Assembly: GCA_050942875.1 (NCBI GenBank)
Contig: JBMNOD010000004.1
Location: 4,578-68,577 of the forward strand
Direction of reading: 5' to 3'
DNA length: 64,000 nt
Origin: Kiritimatiellia bacterium
GTDB taxonomy: Bacteria > Verrucomicrobiota > Kiritimatiellia > RFP12 > UBA3636
In this document: positions 16,274 through 26,327 of the stretch, piece after piece
Numbering within the stretch: the first letter of the stretch is position 1
Layout: each line of letters opens with the position of its first letter
The notes under the pieces: generated by a model
Database searches by the model: none
What the model was told of the DNA's origin: nothing
The model's input: only the letters and a program-made list of their open reading frames with translations
Made by a program: the position numbers and the translations under genes

Positions 16274-18601
16274 CTACGGAGAGTCCATGGTCTCGGATTC
16301 CGTTTTCTCACGCACACGAATCAGCAACCGGTGCGCATCGTCCTCGCCGAACGCCGCAAACACACGAACGGGACGGACGTCGGAGCCTGGGACGAGCGGA
16401 CGCACGCGAAGCCGTATCCAGGCGAAATGAACGTGTTTTTTCATGCGATCTTGAAAGCGTGGCTTCAAATGGATCCGCGTCGTCGCGCCGCCTTGGACGA
16501 CGACTCGTTTTCTCCCGCCATAGCCTTTGATCTTGGCGTCCAATTCCGACGGGTTGGGATTGCACAGCACGAGCCAGACTCCGTTCGTCAGGGCGCCGGG
16601 GCCGCCAAAGCCAATCTGCCGGCAGGCATTGGGTTCCAACGCCACGTAGGATCGCGGCGCCGCCACGCCTTGACCCTGGTAGAAGACGGGGTTCTCGGCG
16701 CGGAGAAGCACGTCGCACGACCGCAACCCGGCAAGGACGCCATCCGCCGAAGCGTTCTCGCCCGGTTCGGGATCCAAGGCCCACAGCTCGCAGACCGGGC
16801 TCCGGAAAGTCGGAATCGCAAGCGCATGCCATTGTGCAGATTCCGCGTTGACCAGCCCCCACGACTGCGCAAGCCGCGCACGGCGGCGGAAGGCGTGCTC
16901 GCGTTCCCGGAACGCCGGCCGCAGACGACCGGTGATGGGATCGAGCATGCCGCGCCCGGCAAGCGACCCGTTGACGAGGAACCAGCGCAGGCCGGGATTG
17001 GCGGCACGGTACGATTCAATCGATTCGCCAAGCCAGGCGCCCCCTTTGACAACATTCGTCATCCCCGGGACGTTCACGATCATTTGCCGATCGAGGAAAA
17101 TGGATTCCTCGACTGGAAAAGCCTGCGTCAGGAAATCGGCGGCCGACTCGCGCGTGTCCGGCTTCGCGAAAATGTCGTCGAGATCCGCCGCGCGCATCCA
17201 GGCAAAAGTGAAAACCGCGCAAACGGACAAAAGGACAAAGCCGGCGCCAATCCGTTGGACGAGAAAGAGGCTCAACGGGCGCGAAGCATCGGCACGGCCG
17301 TTTCGCAGGCAACCAGCGGACACCGAGACCAATGCGGCGATGGCCAGCGAAAAAGACGGCAGCAGCGGCAGGATCTCCTGGTTCCGAAACCAAGGCGCCG
17401 CCACGGCAATCATGCCGACGTAGGCGACGGGATAGCCCAGGGTCAGGGGCAGATGAAGGCGGAATGTCGGCGACGCGACCAGCACGACCATGCCCGCCGC
17501 GACGAACAAAAGCCAGGGGACGCCAGGGGCGGCAAGCGCCATGGCGAAGGAACGCGCCAGAAACACCAGTCGCTCCCGCTGCCCTTCGCCGGCAATCAAA
17601 TCTTGAGATTCGGTGCGCAGGTGTTTTGCCGCCTTGATGAAGCGCGTCGCGGACGCGGACACGGCATCGGACGCCTGGGCGGCGGGCGGCGGGACGTCGG
17701 AAGCCTCGACGGCCGGAGCCGGGCGCCTCTCTGGTTTCGGCGCCGATCTTGGCGTTGCCACCTCGTTCCCAAGCACAAAGAAGGCAATCGCGATGACGAT
17801 CAAAGGCACACAGGAACGCCGCGCCCAGCGAACCCCTTTCGAAAGGAAAGAATCCGAAGCCGTCAAAACGCCGGCACGAGCCTCCAGATTCGGCATGTCG
17901 CGGTTGCGTTTGAAGCGCATGGCAACGATGAGCAACAGCAGCACGGGCAGCAGCACGGCGTTGGTGTACTTCACGCCGAATCCAAAGCCGCAAATGAAAG
18001 CGCAAAATGCCAGTGTGCAAGCGCGTGGGGCCCGTCGATAGCGGGTCATGGCCCAGAGCGCCAGAACGGCACAGAAGAGCATGGCGATGTCGGTTTCAAG
18101 ATAATGCGAATGCTCGACAAAAACAGGATGGAATGCAAAGGCGAACGCCCCCGCCAAAGCCCCGGTTCTGGAGCCGACAATCATCGATCCAAGATGATAG
18201 ACCAGCCCGATCGAAAGGACCGTCAGGAACAAGTTGAATAGAAGCCCCCATTGCCGATGGGCCATGCCCCGGGGCGAGTACGCAACGTCTGTCAGGCCGC
18301 TTTTCAGCGCGATCTTCCACAAAGGACGGTTGATCAAGTTTTCGAAAACGATTTTCGCCGGGCGCGACATCACGAAGAATCCGCCAGGATAGAACGCATC
18401 GAACCCGGCGCCTGCCTGGTGTCGCTTCATCCAATGGCTGATCAGCGCCTCGTCGGGATTCCAGGCGCGGCGGTCGCCAATCCCGCCGAGCCTGACCGAA
18501 ACGGCCAGGAAGGCAATGAGCGCGAGCAGGATTCCGGAAAACACCCGCGACAAACGCGGGCGCCCCTTCGCAACGGCTGAAAGGCCTGGCAGACGGATCA
18601 T
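16274..18601 (-). CDS. glycosyltransferase family 39-like (PMT/ArnT-type polyprenyl-phosphate-sugar-dependent GT-C membrane glycosyltransferase)
   Basis: 775 aa, ~11+ TM N-terminal region with conserved first periplasmic loop acidic residues, large C-terminal soluble domain; architecture of ArnT/PMT family; immediately downstream of GT2 polyprenyl-P-sugar synthase and DUF2304. Confidence 0.7.
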   Translation of the reverse strand: MIRLPGLSAVAKGRPRLSRVFSGILLALIAFLAVSVRLGGIGDRRAWNPDEALISHWMKRHQAGAGFDAFYPGGFFVMSRPAKIVFENLINRPLWKIALKSGLTDVAYSPRGMAHRQWGLLFNLFLTVLSIGLVYHLGSMIVGSRTGALAGAFAFAFHPVFVEHSHYLETDIAMLFCAVLALWAMTRYRRAPRACTLAFCAFICGFGFGVKYTNAVLLPVLLLLIVAMRFKRNRDMPNLEARAGVLTASDSFLSKGVRWARRSCVPLIVIAIAFFVLGNEVATPRSAPKPERRPAPAVEASDVPPPAAQASDAVSASATRFIKAAKHLRTESQDLIAGEGQRERLVFLARSFAMALAAPGVPWLLFVAAGMVVLVASPTFRLHLPLTLGYPVAYVGMIAVAAPWFRNQEILPLLPSFSLAIAALVSVSAGCLRNGRADASRPLSLFLVQRIGAGFVLLSVCAVFTFAWMRAADLDDIFAKPDTRESAADFLTQAFPVEESIFLDRQMIVNVPGMTNVVKGGAWLGESIESYRAANPGLRWFLVNGSLAGRGMLDPITGRLRPAFREREHAFRRRARLAQSWGLVNAESAQWHALAIPTFRSPVCELWALDPEPGENASADGVLAGLRSCDVLLRAENPVFYQGQGVAAPRSYVALEPNACRQIGFGGPGALTNGVWLVLCNPNPSELDAKIKGYGGRKRVVVQGGATTRIHLKPRFQDRMKKHVHFAWIRLRVRPLVPGSDVRPVRVFAAFGEDDAHRLLIRVREKTESETMDSP

Positions 18602-19158
18602 TTCTCGCTTTTTCCCTCAAGGTCGCGGATGCGCGATTCGAGCATGGCGCAGCGCTGGGCGATCTGCGCCTGGTTCCTTTCGCTGCGGGAGAGGTTCTTC
18701 GACAGCACGAACACGGCCGTCATCATCGTGATGAAGACCACGGCGAGCATGGACGACGCGTACTCCATCCCGAACGTCGCCTTGAGCCAGTCCATCGACG
18801 ACGGGAACGCCGTCATGAACAGCATCGCGAAGCACGGGACGACCCAGAGCAGCGCGTACCGCTCCTTGAGGTGCGTCCAGCGGATCGACTCGAAGGTCAC
18901 CGCCAGGATGAACACGCTCAGGCCGGCGACGGCGAGGCGGATGCGCCCCATCCGCGAATCGGGAAGGAACGCCTCGAAGCAGCGCGGCGAAATGGCGAGC
19001 AGCAGCAAGACGGCGGCGGCGGCGAACAGCAGCAGCAGGACGGGAAACGACGCGCGCGAGCGCTTCACCGCCGCCAGGCGGATCGCCCCGGCGGCAAGCG
19101 CGGCGCCGACAAGCCCGAGGGCGATGCGCGTGGTTTCAACGAGAAGAATCGCCAGCAT
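18598..19158 (-). CDS. small 4-TM membrane protein (DUF2304-like) with C-terminal amphipathic/coiled-coil tail
   Basis: 186 aa, four hydrophobic helices, ends ...QAQIAQRCAMLESRIRDLEGKSEK; this family characteristically sits between GT2 and GT-C genes; 4-nt overlaps with both neighbours. Confidence 0.55.
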   Translation of the reverse strand: MLAILLVETTRIALGLVGAALAAGAIRLAAVKRSRASFPVLLLLFAAAAVLLLLAISPRCFEAFLPDSRMGRIRLAVAGLSVFILAVTFESIRWTHLKERYALLWVVPCFAMLFMTAFPSSMDWLKATFGMEYASSMLAVVFITMMTAVFVLSKNLSRSERNQAQIAQRCAMLESRIRDLEGKSEK

Positions 19159-19161
19159 GGT

Positions 19162-19929
19162 TCAGTCCCCCTTTCGGTTGCGCGGATTGGCGAAGCGCCG
19201 GTCCACCGGCCGCACGCGATCCGCAACGAGCGCCAGCGCGACGCGCAGCGCAAAGTAAAGCGTGTCGATCGACCCGATCGTCGAGACGCCATGCCGCCGC
19301 GGGCGCACGACGACATCGGCCTCCGCCATCTCGTAGCCCTGGCGGCGCAGCAGCGCGAGCGCCTCGGGCTCGGGGTATTCGCAGGGATAGCAAAGCGAAA
19401 AGTAGCGGAGCAGGTCGTCGCGCACGCACCAGAAGCCCGACGTCGGATCCGTCACCCGCGCCCGGCAGATCACGCTCAGAAACACGGACAGCAGCCGGTT
19501 GCCGATCTTGCGCATCGCCGTGCCGCCCTGGTCGCCGTCGCTGCCGAGAAAGCGCGACCCCACGACGAGGTCGGCGCCCGTTTGCTCCATCGTTTCCAGC
19601 AGCTTCGGGATTTCCGAGGGCGGATGCTGCCCGTCGCCATCGAGGCGCACGACGAGGCGGTGGCCGATGTCCCAGGCGTGCCGCATGCCCGCCTGGACCG
19701 CGCCGCCCACGCCGAGGTTGCACGGCAGGTCGAGCACGTCGGCGCCATGCGCGAGCGCGACTTTCGCCGTGTCGTCGAGCGAGCCGTCACTGATGACGAT
19801 CGTCTTCACGCCGGGCATGCAGGCCCTCGCTTCGTCGAGCAGCAAGCCGATCGCCTCGGCTTCGTTGAAGGCGGGGATGATGATCGCGGTCTTGCGACCG
19901 AGGAAGCGTGGCGGCGTGGAGTCGTTCAT
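19162..19929 (-). CDS. glycosyltransferase family 2, polyprenyl-phosphate sugar synthase type (Dpm1/GtrB/ArnC-like)
   Basis: AIIIPAFNEAEAIGLLL...VISDGSLDDT...DGDGQH: GT-A fold DXD (DGD) and N-terminal nucleotide-binding motifs typical of dolichyl/undecaprenyl-phosphate hexosyltransferases. Confidence 0.85.
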   Translation of the reverse strand: MNDSTPPRFLGRKTAIIIPAFNEAEAIGLLLDEARACMPGVKTIVISDGSLDDTAKVALAHGADVLDLPCNLGVGGAVQAGMRHAWDIGHRLVVRLDGDGQHPPSEIPKLLETMEQTGADLVVGSRFLGSDGDQGGTAMRKIGNRLLSVFLSVICRARVTDPTSGFWCVRDDLLRYFSLCYPCEYPEPEALALLRRQGYEMAEADVVVRPRRHGVSTIGSIDTLYFALRVALALVADRVRPVDRRFANPRNRKGD

Positions 19930-21083
19930 GGCGTGAGAAGCGTCCGGTAAAGGGCGGCGGTGCGTTCGGCGCAGACATCCCAGCCGAAAAGGCGGGCGCG
20001 TTCAAGGCCGGCGGCCTTCATCCGCGCCTGCTTCGCCGGATCGCCCAGGATGTCGGCGACGGCCGCCGCCATCGCCGGCGCATCGCCGGCCTTGACGACG
20101 ACGGCGGCGTCTCCGGCGATCTCCGGCTGCGAACCGCCGTCCGTGCAGCAGACCGGCAGGCCGGACTTCATCGCCTCGACAAGCTGGAGCCCGAAGCCTT
20201 CGTAGCGCGAGGGGTGGACGAGCAGGTCGGCCGTGGCGTAGAGGCGCGCCAGCGCCTCGTCCGACACGAAGCCGGTGAACTGCACGTCGCCCGACACGCC
20301 GAGGCGCCGCGCCGTCTCGCGCGCTTCGGGATAGCGGTCGTCCAACGGGCCGCAGACGACCAGCCGCAGCGGGAACGGCACAAGGCCGCGCGCCTGCGCA
20401 AAGGCCCCGACGAGGCCGTGGACGTTCTTGTAGGGATCCATGCGCCCGACGTAAAGCAGCGTGCGCGGCGTGTCGGCGTCCGTCTTGACGGGATCAGGCT
20501 CGCGTTCGCCCAGGCGCCCGCCCGCGCCGTCGTAAACGACCTGGATCTTCGCCGCTTCGCGCTTGCGGAGCGCCAGCGAGGCGATCATGTCCCGGCGCGA
20601 CGCCTCGCTGCCCGTGACGACGATGTCGGCGCGGCGGATGCTCTGCGCCAGGCAGAAGCGGAAGACGGCGCGGAAGCGGCTCGTGCGCGAATGGGGCGCG
20701 TAGCCCTCGACGACGAGCGGAATGACGTCGTGGATGTTGACGATGCTCTTTCGCGCGCGGCGGCGACGGAAAACGGGAAACGCCAGGAACGGCATCATGT
20801 AGTTGGGCGTGTGGAAAATCGCCGGCTTGAGCTGGCGCAGGAGCCCGGGCAGCCGAAGCTGGCTGCCCGGGGAAAGCGGCCCGTGCGGAAACAGCGCCGA
20901 CTCGACGTTGCCCCGCCCCGCGAGCGCGTCCATGTGGCGTCGCTCCAAGGCGGGATCCGAGAAAAGGAAGACGAAGTCGATCTCGGGCAGGAGCGACGGC
21001 AGGCGCTCCATCATCTCGCGTGCATAGACGCCGATGCCCGAGGGGCGTTCGTAAATCCAGCGCGAATCGAAAACCGCCTTCAT
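19926..21083 (-). CDS. glycosyltransferase family 4 (GT-B, retaining)
   Basis: True protein begins MKAVFDSRWIYERPSGIGVYAREMMERL... (internal to the spurious 755-aa ORF 19926..22193); C-terminal EX7E motif region (PSRYEGFGLQLVEAMKSGLPV). Confidence 0.85.
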   Translation of the reverse strand: MKAVFDSRWIYERPSGIGVYAREMMERLPSLLPEIDFVFLFSDPALERRHMDALAGRGNVESALFPHGPLSPGSQLRLPGLLRQLKPAIFHTPNYMMPFLAFPVFRRRRARKSIVNIHDVIPLVVEGYAPHSRTSRFRAVFRFCLAQSIRRADIVVTGSEASRRDMIASLALRKREAAKIQVVYDGAGGRLGEREPDPVKTDADTPRTLLYVGRMDPYKNVHGLVGAFAQARGLVPFPLRLVVCGPLDDRYPEARETARRLGVSGDVQFTGFVSDEALARLYATADLLVHPSRYEGFGLQLVEAMKSGLPVCCTDGGSQPEIAGDAAVVVKAGDAPAMAAAVADILGDPAKQARMKAAGLERARLFGWDVCAERTAALYRTLLTP

Positions 21084-22201
21084 GACTCCAGCGCCTTTCG
21101 ATAGACGTCGAGCGTGGCGGCGGCCGTACCCTGCCACGTGAAGCGCGCGGCGCGCCGCGCGCCGTCCCGGATCAGGCGGTCGCGAAGCTCGCCGCCCGAG
21201 ATGATCGCCAGCGCCCGCTCGGCCCAGGCGTCGGGATCGCATCCTTCCATCACGCACGCGGCGTCGCCGAGGACTTCCGGCAGCGAACCGCCGGAAGACG
21301 ACAGCACGGGCGTGCCGCACGCCATCGCCTCCAGGGGGCCGAAGCCGAAGCCCTCGTAGTGCGACGGAATGACGTAGAGCGCCGCGGCGGAATACAGCGC
21401 CGCCAACAGGCCGTCGGGGACGAACCGCAAATAGTGGAGCTGCCCGGGAAACGCCGTCGTCTCGAACCGGTTCAAAATGGCGTCGCACTTCCAACCCGGC
21501 GCCCCGGCGACCACGAGGTCGATCCCCTGCGGCGCGACCCGCTCGAAGACGTCGACCAGGAACTCCAGGTTCTTGCGCGGCTCGACCGTGCCCACGGCGA
21601 GCATGAACGGACGCGTCACGCCGATCTCCGCGCGCACCCGGGCCACGTCGCCCTCGGAGGCGACGCCGAACTCCGACCCGATGCCCAGGTAGGTGACATG
21701 CACCTTCCCCCGCGCGACCGGAAGCAGCGCCTCGATTTCGCGCTTGCTGAACTCGGAGATCGTGATGATCGCATCGGCCGCCTTCGCGCTCCGCTCGATG
21801 CCGGCGCTCAAGTGGCGCAGGTTGCGCCGCTCCGCGAACTGCGGAAAGCGCGCGAAGCTCATGTCGTGGATGGAGACGACCGACTTGCCCGCCGTCAGCG
21901 GGCGCGTCGTGAAATTCGTGAAGTGGAAGACGTCCGCCGCGCCCGCCACCCAGTTGAACGGCGGGAAGCGCGCATGGTGCCAGAGCTTCTGCATCACGGC
22001 GCCCGGCAGCGCGTGGAACGGCGCCGGCTCCACCCGGGGAAGTTCCGGCGCGACGGCCCGCCGGCGGAAGTCGCAGTAGAAGAGCCGAAGGACGTCCTCC
22101 TCGGCGAGCGCGTTGGAAAGCGCCCCCGCGAGCATCTTCGCGTAACGCCCGATCCCGGCGCGCTGGGCGACGGCAGGCTGGTAGTCCATGCAAATCTTCA
22201 T
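21080..22201 (-). CDS. glycosyltransferase family 4 (GT-B, retaining)
   Basis: MKICMDYQPAVAQRAGIGRY...; PSHYEGFGFGPLEAMACGTPV EX7E motif; ATGA overlap with downstream GT4. Confidence 0.85.
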   Translation of the reverse strand: MKICMDYQPAVAQRAGIGRYAKMLAGALSNALAEEDVLRLFYCDFRRRAVAPELPRVEPAPFHALPGAVMQKLWHHARFPPFNWVAGAADVFHFTNFTTRPLTAGKSVVSIHDMSFARFPQFAERRNLRHLSAGIERSAKAADAIITISEFSKREIEALLPVARGKVHVTYLGIGSEFGVASEGDVARVRAEIGVTRPFMLAVGTVEPRKNLEFLVDVFERVAPQGIDLVVAGAPGWKCDAILNRFETTAFPGQLHYLRFVPDGLLAALYSAAALYVIPSHYEGFGFGPLEAMACGTPVLSSSGGSLPEVLGDAACVMEGCDPDAWAERALAIISGGELRDRLIRDGARRAARFTWQGTAAATLDVYRKALES

Positions 22202-22327
22202 CGCCGCGATGGTATCAAACCCGCCTCTGCATTGGCAACTCAAATCGCTTGAATGTCTTCAGCTTCAATGTCCCACACACCATTTCCAGTAGCCGCTTGC
22301 TTCAAATTCCGGTATTATAGGCACCTT

Positions 22328-23209
22328 ATGAAAGTAATTTCTCGAAAGAAGAAGACAACAAGGGAATGGACCGTTTCGAAGACCGAGGCGGGGATGTCCC
22401 TGAGCGATTTCCTTGCCCAAAAGATGGACGCCTCGAAACGCATGGCCAAACATCACATCGATGCCAAAGTCGTTCGTGTAAACGGCCAGAGCGTCTGGAT
22501 CTCACGTCACAGACTCAGGTTCGGCGACAAAGTCCACGTGGCCGCCGCCGTCAAATCCCCGACCGCCATCTCGAAACGCGTCGACAAGCTCGTCATCCTT
22601 TACGAGGATGACGACTACATCGTCGTCGACAAGCCGCGCGGCGTCCTTGTCAACGATGCCGATCACTCGCTGGAGAGCGTCATTCGTGCGCAGACCGGCC
22701 TCGCCTCGATCGTCGCCTCCCACCGCCTTGACCGCGACACGACGGGCTGTGTGATCATGTCGAAGTCTTCTGCCGCGCACGACGCCGTCGTCGATGTCTT
22801 CAAGCGCCACTGCGTCATCAAGACCTACCGCACCGTCGTTTACGGCCGCTGGGATGCGCGTTCGTCCACGATCGACCTGCCCATCGAGGGCGAGCGCGCC
22901 CTCTCGCAGATCCACTGCATCCGCGCCAACCACGACTGCAGCCACCTCGTCGTGCGCATCGAAACGGGACGCACGCATCAGATCCGCCGCCACCTCGCCA
23001 TGGCTCGCCATCCCGTCGTCGGCGACACCCGGTATGGCCCGAAAGTCGTCGAGGATGAACGACTCAAGGAGCTGACCTACCCGCTCCTGCATGCAGTCGA
23101 ACTGGAATTGGAGCATCCCGTTCGTGGCGGCACGCTCAAGGTCTTTTCTCCGATCCCCCAGGAGTTCCACCGCTGGCTCACCGCGTTGAAACTCCAATCG
23201 CCACGCTAA
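22328..23209 (+). CDS. RluA family pseudouridine synthase (S4-like N-terminal domain; 23S rRNA/tRNA pseudouridine synthase)
   Basis: HRLDRDTTGCVIMSK catalytic Asp motif; S4-like N-terminus; start at internal Met MKVISRK of ORF 22253..23209. Confidence 0.85.
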   Translation: MKVISRKKKTTREWTVSKTEAGMSLSDFLAQKMDASKRMAKHHIDAKVVRVNGQSVWISRHRLRFGDKVHVAAAVKSPTAISKRVDKLVILYEDDDYIVVDKPRGVLVNDADHSLESVIRAQTGLASIVASHRLDRDTTGCVIMSKSSAAHDAVVDVFKRHCVIKTYRTVVYGRWDARSSTIDLPIEGERALSQIHCIRANHDCSHLVVRIETGRTHQIRRHLAMARHPVVGDTRYGPKVVEDERLKELTYPLLHAVELELEHPVRGGTLKVFSPIPQEFHRWLTALKLQSPR

Positions 23210-25134
23210 TTTTCCGTGTTGCCAGGGCTCTCGGGCACCGCTGACAACGAATCGGGAGATGACGACAACGACGGTTGAGGCTGCGGGTTCGGAACGGTCG
23301 AAGGCGATCCCAAGAAATAAGCGCCAAGATCGTCAACCCCCCACCACGAGGCATATTTTGCCATCGTCCGGTCGAGCAAAGCCCCCTCGGCCATCCAATG
23401 GGCCGGACGCCAAAACACCCGCGTCCCCGGAAGATTCAGGCGAACCATCATCGGCAGGAAGAGCAGATAGATCGTCAGCAAGGCCAGGCCGATGCCGCCA
23501 GCCTTCAGCGCAAAGACGTTTCGTTTGTGGTGCTTGAATAAACGGGACAGGCGCGCCCGTTCAGTGCCAAACGCCTCCCCGGTGTACGTCATCGACTGAA
23601 GCAGGCGCTCGCCCAGCCCCCAGTCCTTCATCGCGATCGCCTTTTCAATACGGCTCAAATCGCGCTTGTGCATGAGCTTTGGAATGGACGCCAGATCCTC
23701 CGCATACGCATCAGGAGCCGGCGAGAGCTCGCGAAACTCCAAAATGAAACGTTGCGCACGCTCGTAGTTTGCCGCTTCCATCTCATCGACGATGATTTCG
23801 CGCAGCTGGTCGCGCCGCTGCGCGCGCTTCTGGGCCATCGAGCCCAGCGACTGGATTTCATCGAGAAAATGGCGCCCATTCGGGCCCACCGGCTCGAACG
23901 TCAACGGTTGCGACGCGTAGTTGTACGCCCATTCGTATTGGCGGGACTCGATCGCAAGACGAATCTTGCGGAGCAGATTCATGACGCCCTCGTATTCACG
24001 GGCGTTCGCGCCGCAGACCCCGCAAAACTGAATGCCCACCTGCTGGTCGGCCGCGCATTCACGGCATTGCTCGCGACCATCCCAGCCGCATTCGCCGCAA
24101 AACCGCGTCGCCAGCGGATTGACCGTGTCGCACCATTTGCAACGCCACGTCGTCTTGATCGTCGGGCGCTCCATCTTCGACTCGGCCAGCAACGCCAGCA
24201 ACGCCGCATCAAAGCTGACGACGCTCTGATAACGCGCATCGCGATCGGTCGCCAGCGCCTTGCACACGACCGGGCGCACGATCTCCGGCAAATCTTCCTC
24301 TCGAAAGAAGCGGGGGTTCTTGCCCGTCAGACAAAAATACAGCAAGGCGCCAAGTCCATAAACATCCGCGCGCTCGTCGGAAAGCGTCGCGTCGAACTCC
24401 TGCTCCGGCGCACCGTAGCCGAGGGACACGAACTTGTCCCCCGCCACCGTGAGACTCGAAACTGCATCATCACGCGTAAAGCGAGCAAGACCGAAGTCCA
24501 CGATCTTCGGCTCGCCCGTCGCATCCATGAGGATGTTCGAGGACTTCAAGTCGCGGTGGATGACCCCGACGGCGTGGGCGCCCTCAATGGCCCGGCCGAT
24601 TTTGAGCAGGAAGTTCAGCGCCTCTTCAAGCTTGAAAGGCCCGTTTTGCTTGATGTACTGCTCCAGCGCTTGTGGTGGTGCGGGGCCGCGGACATCCGTT
24701 CGGGGCAGGGCGCTCTCAACGTACTCCATCACAATGTAGGGGCCGTCGGCATCCTCGCCTATCGAATAGATGTGGGCGATGTGGACGTTGCCGAGCGCGG
24801 CGGCCGCCTTCCCTTCGCGCAGGAAACGACGCCGAATCGACAAATCTCTTCGGAACTCGGGCTTGAGCCGCTTGATTGCCACGTAACGCCCCAGGCGCCG
24901 ATCCGTCGCAAGATAGACGACCCCCATCCCGCCACTGCCGATCTTGCCGCGTATCGCATAGTTGTCCAATGCGCCCCCACCCTGCGGATTCGCCCCGAAA
25001 CCGGGCGCCGGCACATCCGGCGCAACTGGCGCTCGCGCCTGCTCCGGTATCAACCGAGTCTTGAACTCAGACATCTCGCCGACATCCTCATTCGCCAATT
25101 CCTGTTCGAACACGTCTTCCACCGTGGTTGCCAT
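23206..25134 (-). CDS. serine/threonine protein kinase with double zinc-ribbon, C-terminal TM segment and Pro/Ser-rich extracytoplasmic tail
   Basis: GSGGMGVVYLA...VAIK (Gly loop/VAIK Lys), HRDLKSSNIL catalytic loop, DFG; CKWCDTVNP...CGECGW and CRECAA...CGVCGAN zinc ribbons; hydrophobic LALLTIYLLFLPMMV near C-terminus. Confidence 0.85.
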   Translation of the reverse strand: MATTVEDVFEQELANEDVGEMSEFKTRLIPEQARAPVAPDVPAPGFGANPQGGGALDNYAIRGKIGSGGMGVVYLATDRRLGRYVAIKRLKPEFRRDLSIRRRFLREGKAAAALGNVHIAHIYSIGEDADGPYIVMEYVESALPRTDVRGPAPPQALEQYIKQNGPFKLEEALNFLLKIGRAIEGAHAVGVIHRDLKSSNILMDATGEPKIVDFGLARFTRDDAVSSLTVAGDKFVSLGYGAPEQEFDATLSDERADVYGLGALLYFCLTGKNPRFFREEDLPEIVRPVVCKALATDRDARYQSVVSFDAALLALLAESKMERPTIKTTWRCKWCDTVNPLATRFCGECGWDGREQCRECAADQQVGIQFCGVCGANAREYEGVMNLLRKIRLAIESRQYEWAYNYASQPLTFEPVGPNGRHFLDEIQSLGSMAQKRAQRRDQLREIIVDEMEAANYERAQRFILEFRELSPAPDAYAEDLASIPKLMHKRDLSRIEKAIAMKDWGLGERLLQSMTYTGEAFGTERARLSRLFKHHKRNVFALKAGGIGLALLTIYLLFLPMMVRLNLPGTRVFWRPAHWMAEGALLDRTMAKYASWWGVDDLGAYFLGSPSTVPNPQPQPSLSSSPDSLSAVPESPGNTEN

Positions 25135-25479
25135 CCTCCCGCGCCATCACCTTCCATGCGCGATTTTACGACCTCTAAGCATACCAGAAATCAACGCAAC
25201 TTGAAACCAGAAACTCGTATCCCCGTTTTTGGTTTTGGGCCAGCCCCCACCCCCCCTGAAAGGTTGCGAGTGAAGGCGCGAAGCACGGGGCAAGCGTCGC
25301 CTTGCCCTCACGCACGGACGAGCAGACGCCCACCCCGCCTCAAGGCGCACAGGGGACAGCCCCCTGGCAAAGGCATGACTTTCTGCTTTCAGGCGGCAGC
25401 AGTTGCTTTTTCGGGGGTGGTTTGCTAAGATTGGCGGCAATAGGTACTTGGTATATCCACCGAGCGGAGTCAACATCAC

Positions 25480-26301
25480 ATGAGTTTCATTGCATTGGAC
25501 AGGCCGCTGGCCATATTCGACCTGGAATCGACCGGCCTCAACCCCAGAACCGATCGAATCCTCGAGCTTTCGGTCATCCGGATCCCCGTCAAAGGCCCCC
25601 ACAAGACGAAGACCTGGCTCATCAACCCCGGCATCCCCATCCCCTTGGAAACGATCGCCATCCACGGCATCAGCGACGAACAGGTGCGCAACTGCCCGAA
25701 GTTCGTCGATGTCGCCGATGAGATCCTCGAGTTCTTCAAGGGCTGCGACCTCGGCGGTTTCGGCATCGGCCGCTTCGACATCCCCATGCTCGAAGAGGAA
25801 TTCCTGCGCGTCGGCAAGTCCTTCGATGCCAACGGTCGCCGCCAGTTCGACGCCCAGCGCATCTACCACAAGCGCGAACCGCGCGACCTCACGGCCGCCC
25901 TGCGCTTCTACTGCGACGAAGAACACGTCGACGCCCACGGCGCCGAAGCCGACGCCATCGCCACCCTCAAGGTGCTTCAAGGCCAGTTCGCCCGCTACCC
26001 CGACCTCCCCACCGACCCCGACGAGCTCGACCGGCTCATCAACGAGCGCGACCCGTTCTTCCTGGATCGCGACGGGAAGTTGCGCTGGCTCGACGGCGAA
26101 ATCACCATCAACTTCGGCAAGAAAAAAGGCGCCAAGTTGTGCGACCTCGTCATCGAGGACCCCGGCTACCTCAAATGGATCCTCAACGCCGACTTCGCGC
26201 GCGACACCAAGGACATCGTCCGCGACGCCCTCGAAGGTCGCTGGCCTCCCCCCCCCGCCGTCACGCCCACCAGCGCCCCCGCCGACATCAGCCTCCCTTA
26301 A
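25480..26301 (+). CDS. 3'-5' exonuclease, DnaQ/DEDDh family, with C-terminal extension domain
   Basis: LAIFDLESTGL (Exo I), HGISDEQV, ...HGAEADAIA (Exo III YxxxD/H variant); ~270 aa. Confidence 0.8.
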   Translation: MSFIALDRPLAIFDLESTGLNPRTDRILELSVIRIPVKGPHKTKTWLINPGIPIPLETIAIHGISDEQVRNCPKFVDVADEILEFFKGCDLGGFGIGRFDIPMLEEEFLRVGKSFDANGRRQFDAQRIYHKREPRDLTAALRFYCDEEHVDAHGAEADAIATLKVLQGQFARYPDLPTDPDELDRLINERDPFFLDRDGKLRWLDGEITINFGKKKGAKLCDLVIEDPGYLKWILNADFARDTKDIVRDALEGRWPPPPAVTPTSAPADISLP

Positions 26302-26327
26302 TCACAACCCCGTCGAGGACCCCCGCC

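Noticed and set aside
16247-18241. 664-aa ORF (+)
   Set aside because: It is antisense to the GT39-like membrane glycosyltransferase. The translation is Arg/Gly/Gln-rich.
21084-22193. N-terminal ~370 aa of the 755-aa ORF 19926..22193 (-)
   Set aside because: This portion is out of frame with the real upstream GT4 gene (21080..22201) and is Arg/Ala/Gly junk. Only the C-terminal 385 aa, from MKAVFDS, is a genuine GT4 protein.
25150-25480. Possible divergent promoters between the STK and exonuclease genes (e.g. TTGGCG...TATATC)
   Set aside because: Hexamer spacing and the -10 match were poor in every register I tried. It is not reported as a feature.
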